NCBI GenBank assembly: GCA_038057125.1
Contig: JBBUDU010000003.1
Coordinates: forward strand, 15,046-79,045
Length of the DNA: 64,000 bases
Direction: 5' to 3'
Origin: Patescibacteria group bacterium
Lineage (GTDB): Bacteria > Patescibacteriota > Minisyncoccia > Phycocordibacterales > UBA1550
The position numbers and the translations under genes were made by a program. Under the pieces are notes generated by a model. That model saw only the letters and a program-made list of their open reading frames with translations. It searched no databases and was not told the origin of the DNA. Positions within the stretch are counted from its first letter, which is position 1, and every line of letters starts with the position of its first letter. Below are positions 32,792 to 41,452 of the stretch, one piece after another.

Positions 32792-34081
32792 ATGAGCAAT
32801 AATTTTGTTATTAAAGGATTGGGTGGAGAGCACAATCTCCACGGCACTGTCCGCGTGACCGGCGCAAAAAATGCCGCACTCAAGGCTATTGCCGCGACCG
32901 TTCTTTTTCGTGATACAGTTACTCTCACCAACATTCCCGAAATAAGCGACTCGTTTCGTATGTTTGATCTTTTGAAAGACATGGGAGCGAATGTTGTGAA
33001 TACGCATCGTGGTGCGTACACTGTTTTTGTTCCAAAGTCTTTTGCAACAGAACTTTCTACTGGTATCGCGAAAAGAATGCGCGCATCTATCGTGTTGACC
33101 GGTCCTATACTTGCGCGATATAAAAAAGTTTCTTTTCCTCACCCTGGCGGTTGCGTTATTGGAGCTCGACCTCTCGATTTGTTTGTAGATGGTTTTGAAA
33201 AGATGGGCGCAAAGGTAACGATAAAAGACGACTCATATATTGTTGAGGCAAAGGGCGGATTGCGCGGCGCAGAATTTTTCCTAAAAAACCAGAGCGTCAC
33301 GGTTACTGAAACATTTATGATGGCTGGCGTGCTTGCAAAAGGAACTACGACAATTAAAAACGCCGCAACGGAGCCCGAGATTGCCGACCTCGCAAACTTC
33401 TTGAATAAATGTGGCGCAAAGATTTCCGGTGCAGGCACGCCAACAATTACTATCAAGGGAGGAAAACTTTTGGAGGGCAAAGGGCATCCGTATAAAACAA
33501 TGCCCGACCGCATTGAAGCTGGAAGTTTCCTAATCCTCGGCGCACTTGCTGCCAGAGAGCTTCATATTACGAATTGTAACCCTTTGCACCTCGAGTCGCC
33601 AATTGAAATATTGCGTAGCGCAGGTGTATCAGTTGAAATAAAGAAAAGTGAAATGATTGTGCGCGCACCGTCGCACCTAAAGCCTGTTGATATTAAAACC
33701 CACGAGTACCCCGGCTTTCCGACAGACCTACAGGCGCCGATGACAGTGCTTCTTACACAAGCAGATGGAGAGAGCACTGTTTTTGAAACTATTTTTGAAG
33801 GACGCCTAAACTACACTGAGTCATTGTCTTCTATGGGAGCGTCTATTACGATGATGGACCCGCATCGCGCGCTTGTTCGCGGAAAGTCTTTACTTCACGG
33901 TCGCAAACTCCAGAGTCCCGACTTGCGCGCAGGTCTCGCATTCGTCATTGCGGCAATAGTTGCAAAAGGGGAGTCGGTCATACATAATGTGGACACTACA
34001 ATAGACCGCGGGTACGAGAATGTGGAAAACCGTTTACGTGCCATTGGTGTTGACATAGAACGCGTAGATGAATCAGCATAA
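32792..34081 (+). CDS. murA: UDP-N-acetylglucosamine 1-carboxyvinyltransferase
   Basis: VRVTGAKNAALK, GGCVIGARPLDLF (catalytic Cys loop), PGFPTDLQAP. Confidence 0.93.
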   Translation: MSNNFVIKGLGGEHNLHGTVRVTGAKNAALKAIAATVLFRDTVTLTNIPEISDSFRMFDLLKDMGANVVNTHRGAYTVFVPKSFATELSTGIAKRMRASIVLTGPILARYKKVSFPHPGGCVIGARPLDLFVDGFEKMGAKVTIKDDSYIVEAKGGLRGAEFFLKNQSVTVTETFMMAGVLAKGTTTIKNAATEPEIADLANFLNKCGAKISGAGTPTITIKGGKLLEGKGHPYKTMPDRIEAGSFLILGALAARELHITNCNPLHLESPIEILRSAGVSVEIKKSEMIVRAPSHLKPVDIKTHEYPGFPTDLQAPMTVLLTQADGESTVFETIFEGRLNYTESLSSMGASITMMDPHRALVRGKSLLHGRKLQSPDLRAGLAFVIAAIVAKGESVIHNVDTTIDRGYENVENRLRAIGVDIERVDESA

Positions 34082-34085
34082 TTTT

Positions 34086-35099
34086 ATGGGATTTTTTGTA
34101 ACAAAAATTGGTATAGATCTCGGCACGGCGAATACGCTTGTGTTTATTCCGGGTAAGGGTGTGGTGCTCAACGAACCATCTGTGGTCGCGGTGAACCAGC
34201 AGGACAATCGCATCATGGCGGTTGGCGCTGAAGCAAAACAAATGATTGGGCGCACACCTGACAATATCATTGCGTATCGTCCCATGAAAGATGGCGTTAT
34301 TGCGGACTATCGCGTGACCGAAGCAATGATTCGTTACTATATGAGCAAGGCTCTTGGGAAATGGAATATTTTAAAGCCCGATGTTATGGTTTCTGTGCCA
34401 GCCGGAGTTTCTTCAACAGAGCGTCGCGCAGTTATTGAGGCGACTATCAAAGCAGGCGCAAAAAATGTGTACGTGGTCAAGGAGCCTATTCTCGCGGCTA
34501 TTGGAGCGGGTATTCCTATTTACGAGGCGCGCGGACATATGGTCGTGGACATCGGCGGCGGCACAACTGATGTTGCAGTAATTTCCCTCGGCGGAATCGT
34601 CGCGTCAACTTCAGTAAAATGCGCTGGAAACAAAATAGACCATGCTATTGCCGACCATATTAAAAAAACATTTAATCTTGCCATTGGAGACCGCACCGCA
34701 GAAGAGGTAAAGGTGCGAATCGGGTCAGCTATTCCCGTTGATGACGAGCTCCTCCTCACTATAAAAGGGCGCGATTATGTTACTGGGCTTCCTCGGCAAG
34801 CGTCGGTGACAACCAACGAAATCGTGAAAGCGATTGACCGTGAACTTCGCGAGATTATTCGCGCAATCAAAGATGTTCTTCAGGAGACACCACCAGAGCT
34901 TGCGGCGGATATTATTGATCAGGGAATTATTATGACTGGTGGTTCATCCCAGCTCCGTAATTTCCCTGAATTAGTACTGCGTCGCACAGGAGTGAAAGCG
35001 GTTCTTGCTGAAGAAGCGCTCTACTGCGTAGTAAAGGGTACTGGTATAGCACTTGAGCACCTCGATACATACAAGAAAAGTATCCTCGCCAAAAAATAA
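34086..35099 (+). CDS. mreB: rod-shape determining protein MreB
   Basis: IGIDLGTANTLVF, VVDIGGGTTDVAVISLGG, actin-fold phosphate motifs. The ATG at 34086 clears the murA stop. Confidence 0.93.
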   Translation: MGFFVTKIGIDLGTANTLVFIPGKGVVLNEPSVVAVNQQDNRIMAVGAEAKQMIGRTPDNIIAYRPMKDGVIADYRVTEAMIRYYMSKALGKWNILKPDVMVSVPAGVSSTERRAVIEATIKAGAKNVYVVKEPILAAIGAGIPIYEARGHMVVDIGGGTTDVAVISLGGIVASTSVKCAGNKIDHAIADHIKKTFNLAIGDRTAEEVKVRIGSAIPVDDELLLTIKGRDYVTGLPRQASVTTNEIVKAIDRELREIIRAIKDVLQETPPELAADIIDQGIIMTGGSSQLRNFPELVLRRTGVKAVLAEEALYCVVKGTGIALEHLDTYKKSILAKK

Positions 35100-35151
35100 T
35101 CACACGTCGCGTATTTATTCTTTCCAAATCTAAATTCCATATTCTACCTAA

Positions 35152-35856
35152 ATGGACCATATCTTCGAACATTATAAAAAAACAGGGTACTTGCACCACG
35201 CTCACATTATAGAAGGCGCGTATGCTGACATTGTGCCAAAGCTTCTTTTCTCTATTTCCAAAAATTTGGGTATCGAAACAAAAGGTAATCCGGATTTATC
35301 AGTTAAACTTTATGAATCGCTTGGTATTGATGAGGCTCGCGAGCTCAAAGACGCGCAGACGCGAGCTGCCTTTGGCGGTGGGCGCAAAATCTTTATCAGT
35401 GGCGCTGAATCATTCACCCATGAAGCGCAAAACGCACTTTTAAAAACATTTGAAGAGCCTACAGAAGGAACTCACTTTTTTATTATTATTCCGCGTGCGG
35501 AAATGCTTTTGCCTACACTTCTATCGAGAGTGCTGGTTGTATCCGGAAAAAGTGTACCTGAGGATGATGCAAAAAAACTGGCGGAGAAATTTATTGATTC
35601 ATCGCTTGAAGACCGTTTTGTGATTGCAAAAAAAATGGCTGACAAAAAAGATCGCGAGACAGCCGACCGCGAGCTTTTTCGCCGTATGCTCGACCACATT
35701 GAACGCATTTTATACACACGAACAGTAGGCAATAAAGACGACACTACGAGCAATATTTTTCGTGAGATTTTTCACGCGAAAACATACCTTGCCAATCGTG
35801 GCTCCTCTCCAAAGATGCTTCTTGAACACATCGCTATCGTTTTACCAGTTAAGTAA
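35152..35856 (+). CDS. holB: DNA polymerase III delta-prime-like clamp-loader subunit
   Basis: HAHIIEG, AQNALLKTFEEP, TLLSRV clamp-loader box motifs. 234 aa. Confidence 0.75.
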   Translation: MDHIFEHYKKTGYLHHAHIIEGAYADIVPKLLFSISKNLGIETKGNPDLSVKLYESLGIDEARELKDAQTRAAFGGGRKIFISGAESFTHEAQNALLKTFEEPTEGTHFFIIIPRAEMLLPTLLSRVLVVSGKSVPEDDAKKLAEKFIDSSLEDRFVIAKKMADKKDRETADRELFRRMLDHIERILYTRTVGNKDDTTSNIFREIFHAKTYLANRGSSPKMLLEHIAIVLPVK

Positions 35857-35899
35857 GTTATCTTGATTCTGAACGGTTTTCGTGTTATTATGGCGATAA

Positions 35900-36127
35900 A
35901 TGAAAGCACACAAGAAAAACATGAAGGAAGTACCTGTGCTTATTTCTGTTTCGGAATTCTTGGAGTCCTATAACAAAAACATGCCGTCCGGCTGGCCTCG
36001 CGCTAGTGCTGTGCTTTTGCAAAAGTTTAGAGATGCGCACACAACGCTCTTTACGCACGGCGACCTCTGGTCCCTCGACCAGCACCGAAAGAAAATGATG
36101 GATTGGCTTCCCCGCAACTCCGATTAA
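35900..36127 (+). CDS. hypothetical small protein
   Basis: 75-aa ORF followed directly by a hairpin terminator (36126-36153). No family recognised. Confidence 0.4.
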   Translation: MKAHKKNMKEVPVLISVSEFLESYNKNMPSGWPRASAVLLQKFRDAHTTLFTHGDLWSLDQHRKKMMDWLPRNSD

Positions 36128-36153
36128 AAAAACATCTTCCACGATGTTTTTTT
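36126..36153 (+). terminator. hairpin terminator after the 35900-36127 ORF
   Basis: aaaaaaacatc ttccac gatgttttttt. Confidence 0.7.
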
Positions 36154-36174
36154 GTTTGTGCTAGAATTGAAGCT

Positions 36175-37674
36175 ATGTTTATTACAAAAACGATATTTCT
36201 TAATTATGTCTTCTGCGCAAAGAATACATGGCTCAAGCTTCACAAACCAGAGCTTTTAGAAAAGTTCACATTGTCTGCTTTTGAACAGAATTTAATGGAG
36301 CAGGGAAATGATGTCGAGAAAGAAGCACGCAAACTTTTTCCACACGGTCTGGAGGTAACAGAAAAAGGAGATAATGCTGTAGATAAAACAATGTCGCTTA
36401 TGGCAGAAAAAACCCCGGCTATTTTCCAGGCTACATTTATCGTAGATGGATTTATGGTGCGAAATGACGTTCTCGTGTGGGATCAAAAAAATAATTGTTG
36501 GGATTTGTATGAAATAAAGGGCACGAATTCGATCAAAGAAGGAGGAACAGACCACAACCACATCGATGATCTCACTTTCCAAGCGTCAGTACTTAATCGC
36601 GCTGACGTGCCAGTCGGGCGATATTTCCTTGTGCATTTAAATAAAGATTATGTTCGTTTTGGGGCACTAAATATAGAAGAACTTTTTTTGATCGAAGAAC
36701 AGACTGAAAAAGTCCTTGCTGGGCTTCCCCTCGTTGAAGAACAAATGAAAACCGCAAAGGAATATCTGACAAGTAATAAAGAGCCAATCAATGGTTGCGA
36801 GTGTATTTACAACGGCAGAAGCCGTCACTGCACGACATTTAAATATTCAAATCCTGCCGTACCAGAGTATTCAGTGCACGACATATCGCGTATCGGTAGC
36901 AGTAAAAAGAAATTAGAGACTTTGATTGAATCAAAAATATACGCGCTCGAAGACGTGCCGGAAGGCATGGAACTCTCTGATATTCAAATAAACCAAATAG
37001 CGGTACATCGCCGAAAAAGGGAGATGGTTGATATTGACGGGATTAGTAGCGAGCTAAAGGATCTAAAATTTCCACTTTACTTTTTTGACTACGAAACATA
37101 CGCGCCTGCTTTGCCTGCTTTTGATGGGTATAGTCCGTATCAACGAATCCCATTCCAGTTTTCTTTGCACATTTTGGAGAAACCCGACACCGAGATGACT
37201 CACGTGGAGTATCTCCATAAAGAGCTAAGCGACCCGTCGGAGCACGTTGCGCGCCTACTTGAGAAGCATATTGGCGCAGTGGGAACTGTCATTGCTTGGA
37301 ACAAATCATTTGAAGCGGGCGTAAACAAAGAGCTCGCGCTCCGCATGCCTCTGCACAAGGTTACAATGGACCGTGTGAACAATATGCTCTACGACCTCAT
37401 GGATGTATTCAAAAAGCAACATTTTGTGCACCCTGAGTTTCGAGGCAGTACATCTATTAAAAAAGTCTTACCTGCCCTTGTGCCAGAGCTTTCCTATAAA
37501 GACCTCGATATAAAAGAAGGCGGACAAGCGTCGAATGCATGGTGGGAAATGCTTTCGCCTAAAACTTCACCGGAAGTAAGTGCAAAAATAGCAAAGGATT
37601 TAAAAATTTATTGCGCGCTCGACACATACGCAATGTATGCAATATGGGAGAAACTACACAAGATGATCCGTTAG
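36175..37674 (+). CDS. DUF2779-like protein (PD-(D/E)XK-type nuclease N-terminal region + RNase H-like C-terminal region)
   Basis: MFITKTIFLNYVFCAKNTWL, DLYEIKG, Cys cluster CECIYNGRSRHC, C-terminal FFDYETY...IAWNKSFE...YCALDTYAMY (DEDD-like exonuclease motifs). Family call is from memory of the DUF2779 architecture. Confidence 0.65.
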   Translation: MFITKTIFLNYVFCAKNTWLKLHKPELLEKFTLSAFEQNLMEQGNDVEKEARKLFPHGLEVTEKGDNAVDKTMSLMAEKTPAIFQATFIVDGFMVRNDVLVWDQKNNCWDLYEIKGTNSIKEGGTDHNHIDDLTFQASVLNRADVPVGRYFLVHLNKDYVRFGALNIEELFLIEEQTEKVLAGLPLVEEQMKTAKEYLTSNKEPINGCECIYNGRSRHCTTFKYSNPAVPEYSVHDISRIGSSKKKLETLIESKIYALEDVPEGMELSDIQINQIAVHRRKREMVDIDGISSELKDLKFPLYFFDYETYAPALPAFDGYSPYQRIPFQFSLHILEKPDTEMTHVEYLHKELSDPSEHVARLLEKHIGAVGTVIAWNKSFEAGVNKELALRMPLHKVTMDRVNNMLYDLMDVFKKQHFVHPEFRGSTSIKKVLPALVPELSYKDLDIKEGGQASNAWWEMLSPKTSPEVSAKIAKDLKIYCALDTYAMYAIWEKLHKMIR

Positions 37675-37677
37675 ATT

Positions 37678-37932
37678 ATGCCTTACTTCGTTTACATTCT
37701 TGAATGTGCGGACGGTACGCTTTATGCGGGAAGTACGAATGACCTCGAAAAAAGGATGCATAAGCATAATAATCTAAAAAGCGCCGCACACTATACGAAA
37801 ATTCGTAGACCCGTGACTTTAAAATATTCCGAATCTGTACCAGATTTTGCCACCGCCCGAGCTCGCGAAGCCGAGTTTAAAAGATGGAGTAGAGCAGAGA
37901 AGTTAGACTTCATAAGCTCGCAAGTGATATAA
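37678..37932 (+). CDS. GIY-YIG nuclease-domain protein
   Basis: YFVYILECADGTLYAGSTNDLEKRMHKHN....A.YT..RRPV.L.Y.E matches the GIY-YIG (UPF0213/SLX1-like) pattern. 84 aa. Confidence 0.85.
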   Translation: MPYFVYILECADGTLYAGSTNDLEKRMHKHNNLKSAAHYTKIRRPVTLKYSESVPDFATARAREAEFKRWSRAEKLDFISSQVI

Positions 37933-37933
37933 T
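37925..37933 (+). promoter_or_regulatory. extended -10 TGATATAAT, 6 nt before the bcp ATG (leaderless-type)
   Basis: Consensus TATAAT with TGn. Overlaps the end of the GIY-YIG gene. Confidence 0.55.
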
Positions 37934-37939
37934 GTAAAT

Positions 37940-38392
37940 ATGATAAAAACAGGAGAAAAAGTGCCACTAGATATAATTGTTTCAGATACAGATGGAGTAC
38001 TCACATCTTTACGAGATTTTCTTGGTTCATATGTTGTTTTGTACACATATCCTAAGGACGAAACTCCCGGGTGCGTCAAAGAAGCTTGCAGTATTCGCGA
38101 TGTGTACGCAGAATTCAAGGCGCTCGGAATCAATGTTATTGGTATTAGTCCAGACAACAAAGAGTCACATAAAAAATTTGCGGAACATCACGCTCTTCCT
38201 TTTCCACTTTGGACAGATACAAAACATGAACTTCTAAGCGAGCTCGGCGTTTGGTCATTCACTGGCGTCGATCGCACCACATTTTTAATAGACAAAGAGG
38301 GAACTGTGGCGCATGTCTGGGAGAAAGTAAAACCTGAAGGTCATGGGGAAGCAGTACTTAGTTATGTTACCAACATCATTCACTCAAAATGA
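37940..38392 (+). CDS. bcp: peroxiredoxin (Bcp-type thiol peroxidase)
   Basis: YVVLYTYPKDETPGCVKEACSIRD peroxidatic Cys motif and thioredoxin fold. Confidence 0.88.
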   Translation: MIKTGEKVPLDIIVSDTDGVLTSLRDFLGSYVVLYTYPKDETPGCVKEACSIRDVYAEFKALGINVIGISPDNKESHKKFAEHHALPFPLWTDTKHELLSELGVWSFTGVDRTTFLIDKEGTVAHVWEKVKPEGHGEAVLSYVTNIIHSK

Positions 38393-38802
38393 TGCCTCGT
38401 GAGAAATTTGAACAAATAGTACTTGATGAGCTCGCAAAAGTCCCAGAGAGATTTCAAAAGAAACTAAAAAATATTGTTTTTGTTGTCGAAGAAGAAGTTT
38501 CCGATGACACACGCGCGCAAAATAATTTAAAAAACGGAGAAGAACTACTTGGTCACTATCAAGGAGTTCCGCTTTCTTTTCGAGGTGACAGCTACGGTAT
38601 TGGCATGACTCTTCCGGATGTGATTACGATATACCAGCGCCCGACAGAGGATGAAGCAGGAGGGGACATTACAAAAATTCGCTCTATTGTCCGCGAAACA
38701 GTTTTTCATGAAGTTGCGCACTATTTGGGAATGAGCGAGGCGGAAGTATCAGAGTGGGAAGCAAAGCAAGAGTTGATAGATTCTGATATACTAAAAAAAT
38801 GA
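38389..38802 (+). CDS. zinicin-like metallopeptidase-family protein (DUF1025)
   Basis: HEVAHYLG zinc motif near the C-terminus. LGHYQG...ITIYQRP pattern is typical of the family. Start overlaps the bcp stop (ATGA). Confidence 0.75.
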   Translation: MMPREKFEQIVLDELAKVPERFQKKLKNIVFVVEEEVSDDTRAQNNLKNGEELLGHYQGVPLSFRGDSYGIGMTLPDVITIYQRPTEDEAGGDITKIRSIVRETVFHEVAHYLGMSEAEVSEWEAKQELIDSDILKK

Positions 38803-39143
38803 GTAAACTTATAAAAAGCTTTTTTTGGGCAATCGGGGGTGTGCGGACTGTATGGCGTGAAGAGATAAACTTCCGCATCGAAGCCACTATTAGCGTTATC
38901 GTTTTAGTGCTGGCCTTTTATCTAAATTTTTTGATACTGGAATGGATTATTATCATTGGATGTATGGGTGCCGTACTTTCTGCTGAAATAATCAACACTG
39001 CTGTTGAGGATTTGTGCAACAAAGTTGAGCCTAACACTGACCCAATAATCGGAAAAATCAAGGACATGATGGGCGGGTTTGTACTCGTCGTATGCACCAC
39101 CTCGGCAATTATCGGCGTAATAGTTTTTTCTAATTACCTCTGA
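38799..39143 (+). CDS. dgkA: diacylglycerol/undecaprenol kinase (DgkA family)
   Basis: 114 aa, 3 TM segments. EINFRIE and SAEIINTAVEDLCN match DAGK_prokar motifs. Confidence 0.85.
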   Translation: MSKLIKSFFWAIGGVRTVWREEINFRIEATISVIVLVLAFYLNFLILEWIIIIGCMGAVLSAEIINTAVEDLCNKVEPNTDPIIGKIKDMMGGFVLVVCTTSAIIGVIVFSNYL

Positions 39144-39860
39144 CTACAGCCCGATACTTTTTTTGAGTGTGTCTAGCTCTACTCCTACAATGTCTCTATA
39201 AGCGCCTTCTTTTAGATTTCCAATAACGATGTTCATAATACGCACACGAGTGAGCTCGATGACTTTATATCCTTCGGCAGCGCACATACGACGAATTTGA
39301 TGTTTCTTACCTTCAGTAAGTATGATACGAAAAATAGTTTCTCCAGACAGTCGTGCCTTGGCGGGTTTTGTCTTGTAATTCTCTATTAAAATACCGCGCT
39401 CAATATGGCGTATAAAGGTGTCCGTAATTTTCTTATCTACTTTTACTAAATATTCTTTTTCATGAGCGCGAGACGGCGAGAGAACTCGATCAGTCAATCT
39501 TCCATCATTTGTGAGGATGATAAGCCCCTGTGAATCTTTGTCGAGTCGCCCAAGCGGAAATAGTCCCCTTAGAGCTGGGAGCGATGATTTTATACTCTCG
39601 CCCTCTTTTTGTGTATCTGTTGAAATTCCACGTGGTTTAAAGTAAGCAATATAACGATGCCCCTCTTCAATTTTGGAAATAACTTTTGGAGAAACTTCGA
39701 CCACGTCGTTGCTTGATGTTACCTTGTCGCCAAGTACCGCAATTTTGCCGTTTATTTTCACAAAACCTTTCGTAATGATCTCGTCGGCACCACGGCGCGT
39801 TGAAAATCCTTTGTGGGCAAGGTAGCGGTTGATGCGAACTGGAAAGGTGAGTGGTTCCAT
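39144..39860 (-). CDS. RsuA/RluB-family pseudouridine synthase with S4 domain
   Basis: N-terminal S4 (RINRYLAHKGFSTRRGADEII..G.V.ING), catalytic GRLDKDSQGLIILTND, KEYLVKV. Confidence 0.9.
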   Translation of the reverse strand: MEPLTFPVRINRYLAHKGFSTRRGADEIITKGFVKINGKIAVLGDKVTSSNDVVEVSPKVISKIEEGHRYIAYFKPRGISTDTQKEGESIKSSLPALRGLFPLGRLDKDSQGLIILTNDGRLTDRVLSPSRAHEKEYLVKVDKKITDTFIRHIERGILIENYKTKPAKARLSGETIFRIILTEGKKHQIRRMCAAEGYKVIELTRVRIMNIVIGNLKEGAYRDIVGVELDTLKKSIGL

Positions 39861-39978
39861 TGGACACGAACTATACCACTATCTAAAGAAAAAATCAAGG
39901 TTTTGCGCGAGATGGGAGTTTTGACAATGATAAGATATTTATCCACATGTGATTTTTACATTTTTATTTTTCAAAGCG

Positions 39979-39987
39979 TGTTACAAT
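39979..39987 (+). promoter_or_regulatory. extended -10 TGTTACAAT upstream of the 40002-40195 structured element and the GT4 gene
   Basis: Same 9-mer as at 2464 and 3103. Predicted TSS ~39994, so the structured element would be transcribed as a 5' leader. Confidence 0.55.
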
Positions 39988-40001
39988 AAGAACAAGCGAT
40001 C

Positions 40002-40195
40002 AGAATCTATTTAAATTCTAATCGCCACAAAATATAAATTTCCGCATATATGCGGGCTTGTCTTCTAGAACCCAAAAATTCCTGCTGCAAAATACTTATC
40101 TTTCGTCGACACATTTTTATGTGCCTCCTCGAGCTTCGTGTTTTTCGCTAGAAATTTTTTAGTTCTAGTAAGACATTAGAATTTAAATAGGTTCT
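40002..40195 (+). other. ~194-nt AT-rich structured element closed by a 21-bp stem (structured 5' leader or MITE-like element)
   Basis: agaatctatttaaattctaat (40002-40022) pairs with attagaatttaaataggttct (40175-40195); the only non-Watson-Crick pair is T.G. Nested 13-bp helix 40059-40071/40162-40175 and hairpin ccgcatatatgcgg (40042-40055). Confidence 0.75.
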
Positions 40196-40205
40196 TACAA
40201 AAAAT

Positions 40206-41438
40206 ATGCGCGTACTTATGTTCGGGTGGGAATTTCCTCCTCATAACAGTGGTGGCCTCGGCACCGCGTGTTTTGGACTTACGCGCGCGCTCGCGGCGCG
40301 AAAAATCGAAGTCCTTTTTGTACTCCCAAAAAAAGTTGGCGTTTCAGCCGACTTTATGAATATTCTTTTTGCGGACTCTCGTAAGGTAAAATTTTTGGAA
40401 ATTGAAACACCACTTAAACCATATGTTACCTCCGATGGTTACATACACGAACGAGATAAAATATTGTCGGATATTTATGGGAACACGCTCATGCAAGAAG
40501 TACGTCGCTACGCTATGCGCGCGCGCGAAATCGCAAAGAAGGAAAAGTTTGACATCATTCACGCGCACGACTGGCTTTCATTTCTCGCAGGCGTTGAAGC
40601 AAAAAAAGTTTCCGGCAAACCGCTCATCCTGCACATGCACGCAACAGAGTTTGACCGCACTGGGGGACAGGGGGTGAATCAGGATGTTTATAATATTGAA
40701 CGAGATGCAATGAACTATGCCGATGGCATTATCGCGGTCAGCAATTTTACCAAACAAAAAATTGTAGAACATTACGGCATTCCCGCTTCAAAAATCGAAG
40801 TGGTACACAACGGAATCGATGAATGTGATTATACAGATATTCCAAATAAGCTTTCGGAACTCAAACGGGCAGGACAAAAGATAGTCCTTTTTGTAGGACG
40901 CATTACAATCCAAAAAGGTCCCGAGTATTTTATTCGCGCGGCAAAGCGTGTTCTTGAAGTAAAACCAAACACTTTGTTTCTCATTGCAGGGAGCGGAGAC
41001 ATGGAGAGGCAAATGATGCTTGAGGCGGCGTACCTTGGAATTTCTGACCATGTTATTTTTGCTGGATTCCTACGTGGGGACGACCTGAATGCCGTGTACA
41101 GCGTAGCTGATCTTTTTGTGATGCCGTCTGTGTCGGAGCCATTCGGTATTACACCACTCGAGTCCATTATTGCAGGCGCGCCCGTGCTTATTTCGAAGCA
41201 GTCTGGTGTGTCCGAAGTCCTTACTCACGCGCTCAAAACGGATTTTTGGGATACGGAAGATATGGCGAACAAAATACTTGGTGTAATTTCACATCGCTCG
41301 CTTTGGCAGACTCTCTGGGGAAATAGTCGAGAAGAAGTGAAAAAAGTAACATGGGATGCGGCTAGCAAAAAGTGTATCGACTATTATGAAAAAATACTTT
41401 GTGACTGCGGGGTAGCTTCTGATGTACGGTATATCTGA
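40206..41438 (+). CDS. GT4-type glycosyltransferase (glycogen/alpha-glucan synthase-like)
   Basis: FPPHNSGGLGTA N-terminal motif. VGRITIQKG and PSVSEPFGITPLES are the GT-B C-terminal motifs. Confidence 0.85.
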   Translation: MRVLMFGWEFPPHNSGGLGTACFGLTRALAARKIEVLFVLPKKVGVSADFMNILFADSRKVKFLEIETPLKPYVTSDGYIHERDKILSDIYGNTLMQEVRRYAMRAREIAKKEKFDIIHAHDWLSFLAGVEAKKVSGKPLILHMHATEFDRTGGQGVNQDVYNIERDAMNYADGIIAVSNFTKQKIVEHYGIPASKIEVVHNGIDECDYTDIPNKLSELKRAGQKIVLFVGRITIQKGPEYFIRAAKRVLEVKPNTLFLIAGSGDMERQMMLEAAYLGISDHVIFAGFLRGDDLNAVYSVADLFVMPSVSEPFGITPLESIIAGAPVLISKQSGVSEVLTHALKTDFWDTEDMANKILGVISHRSLWQTLWGNSREEVKKVTWDAASKKCIDYYEKILCDCGVASDVRYI

Positions 41439-41444
41439 TATACT
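41436..41444 (+). promoter_or_regulatory. extended -10 TGATATACT, 8 nt before the GH57 ATG
   Basis: Motif and spacing read directly. Lies in the GT4 gene 3' end. Confidence 0.45.
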
Positions 41445-41452
41445 ATTACTTT

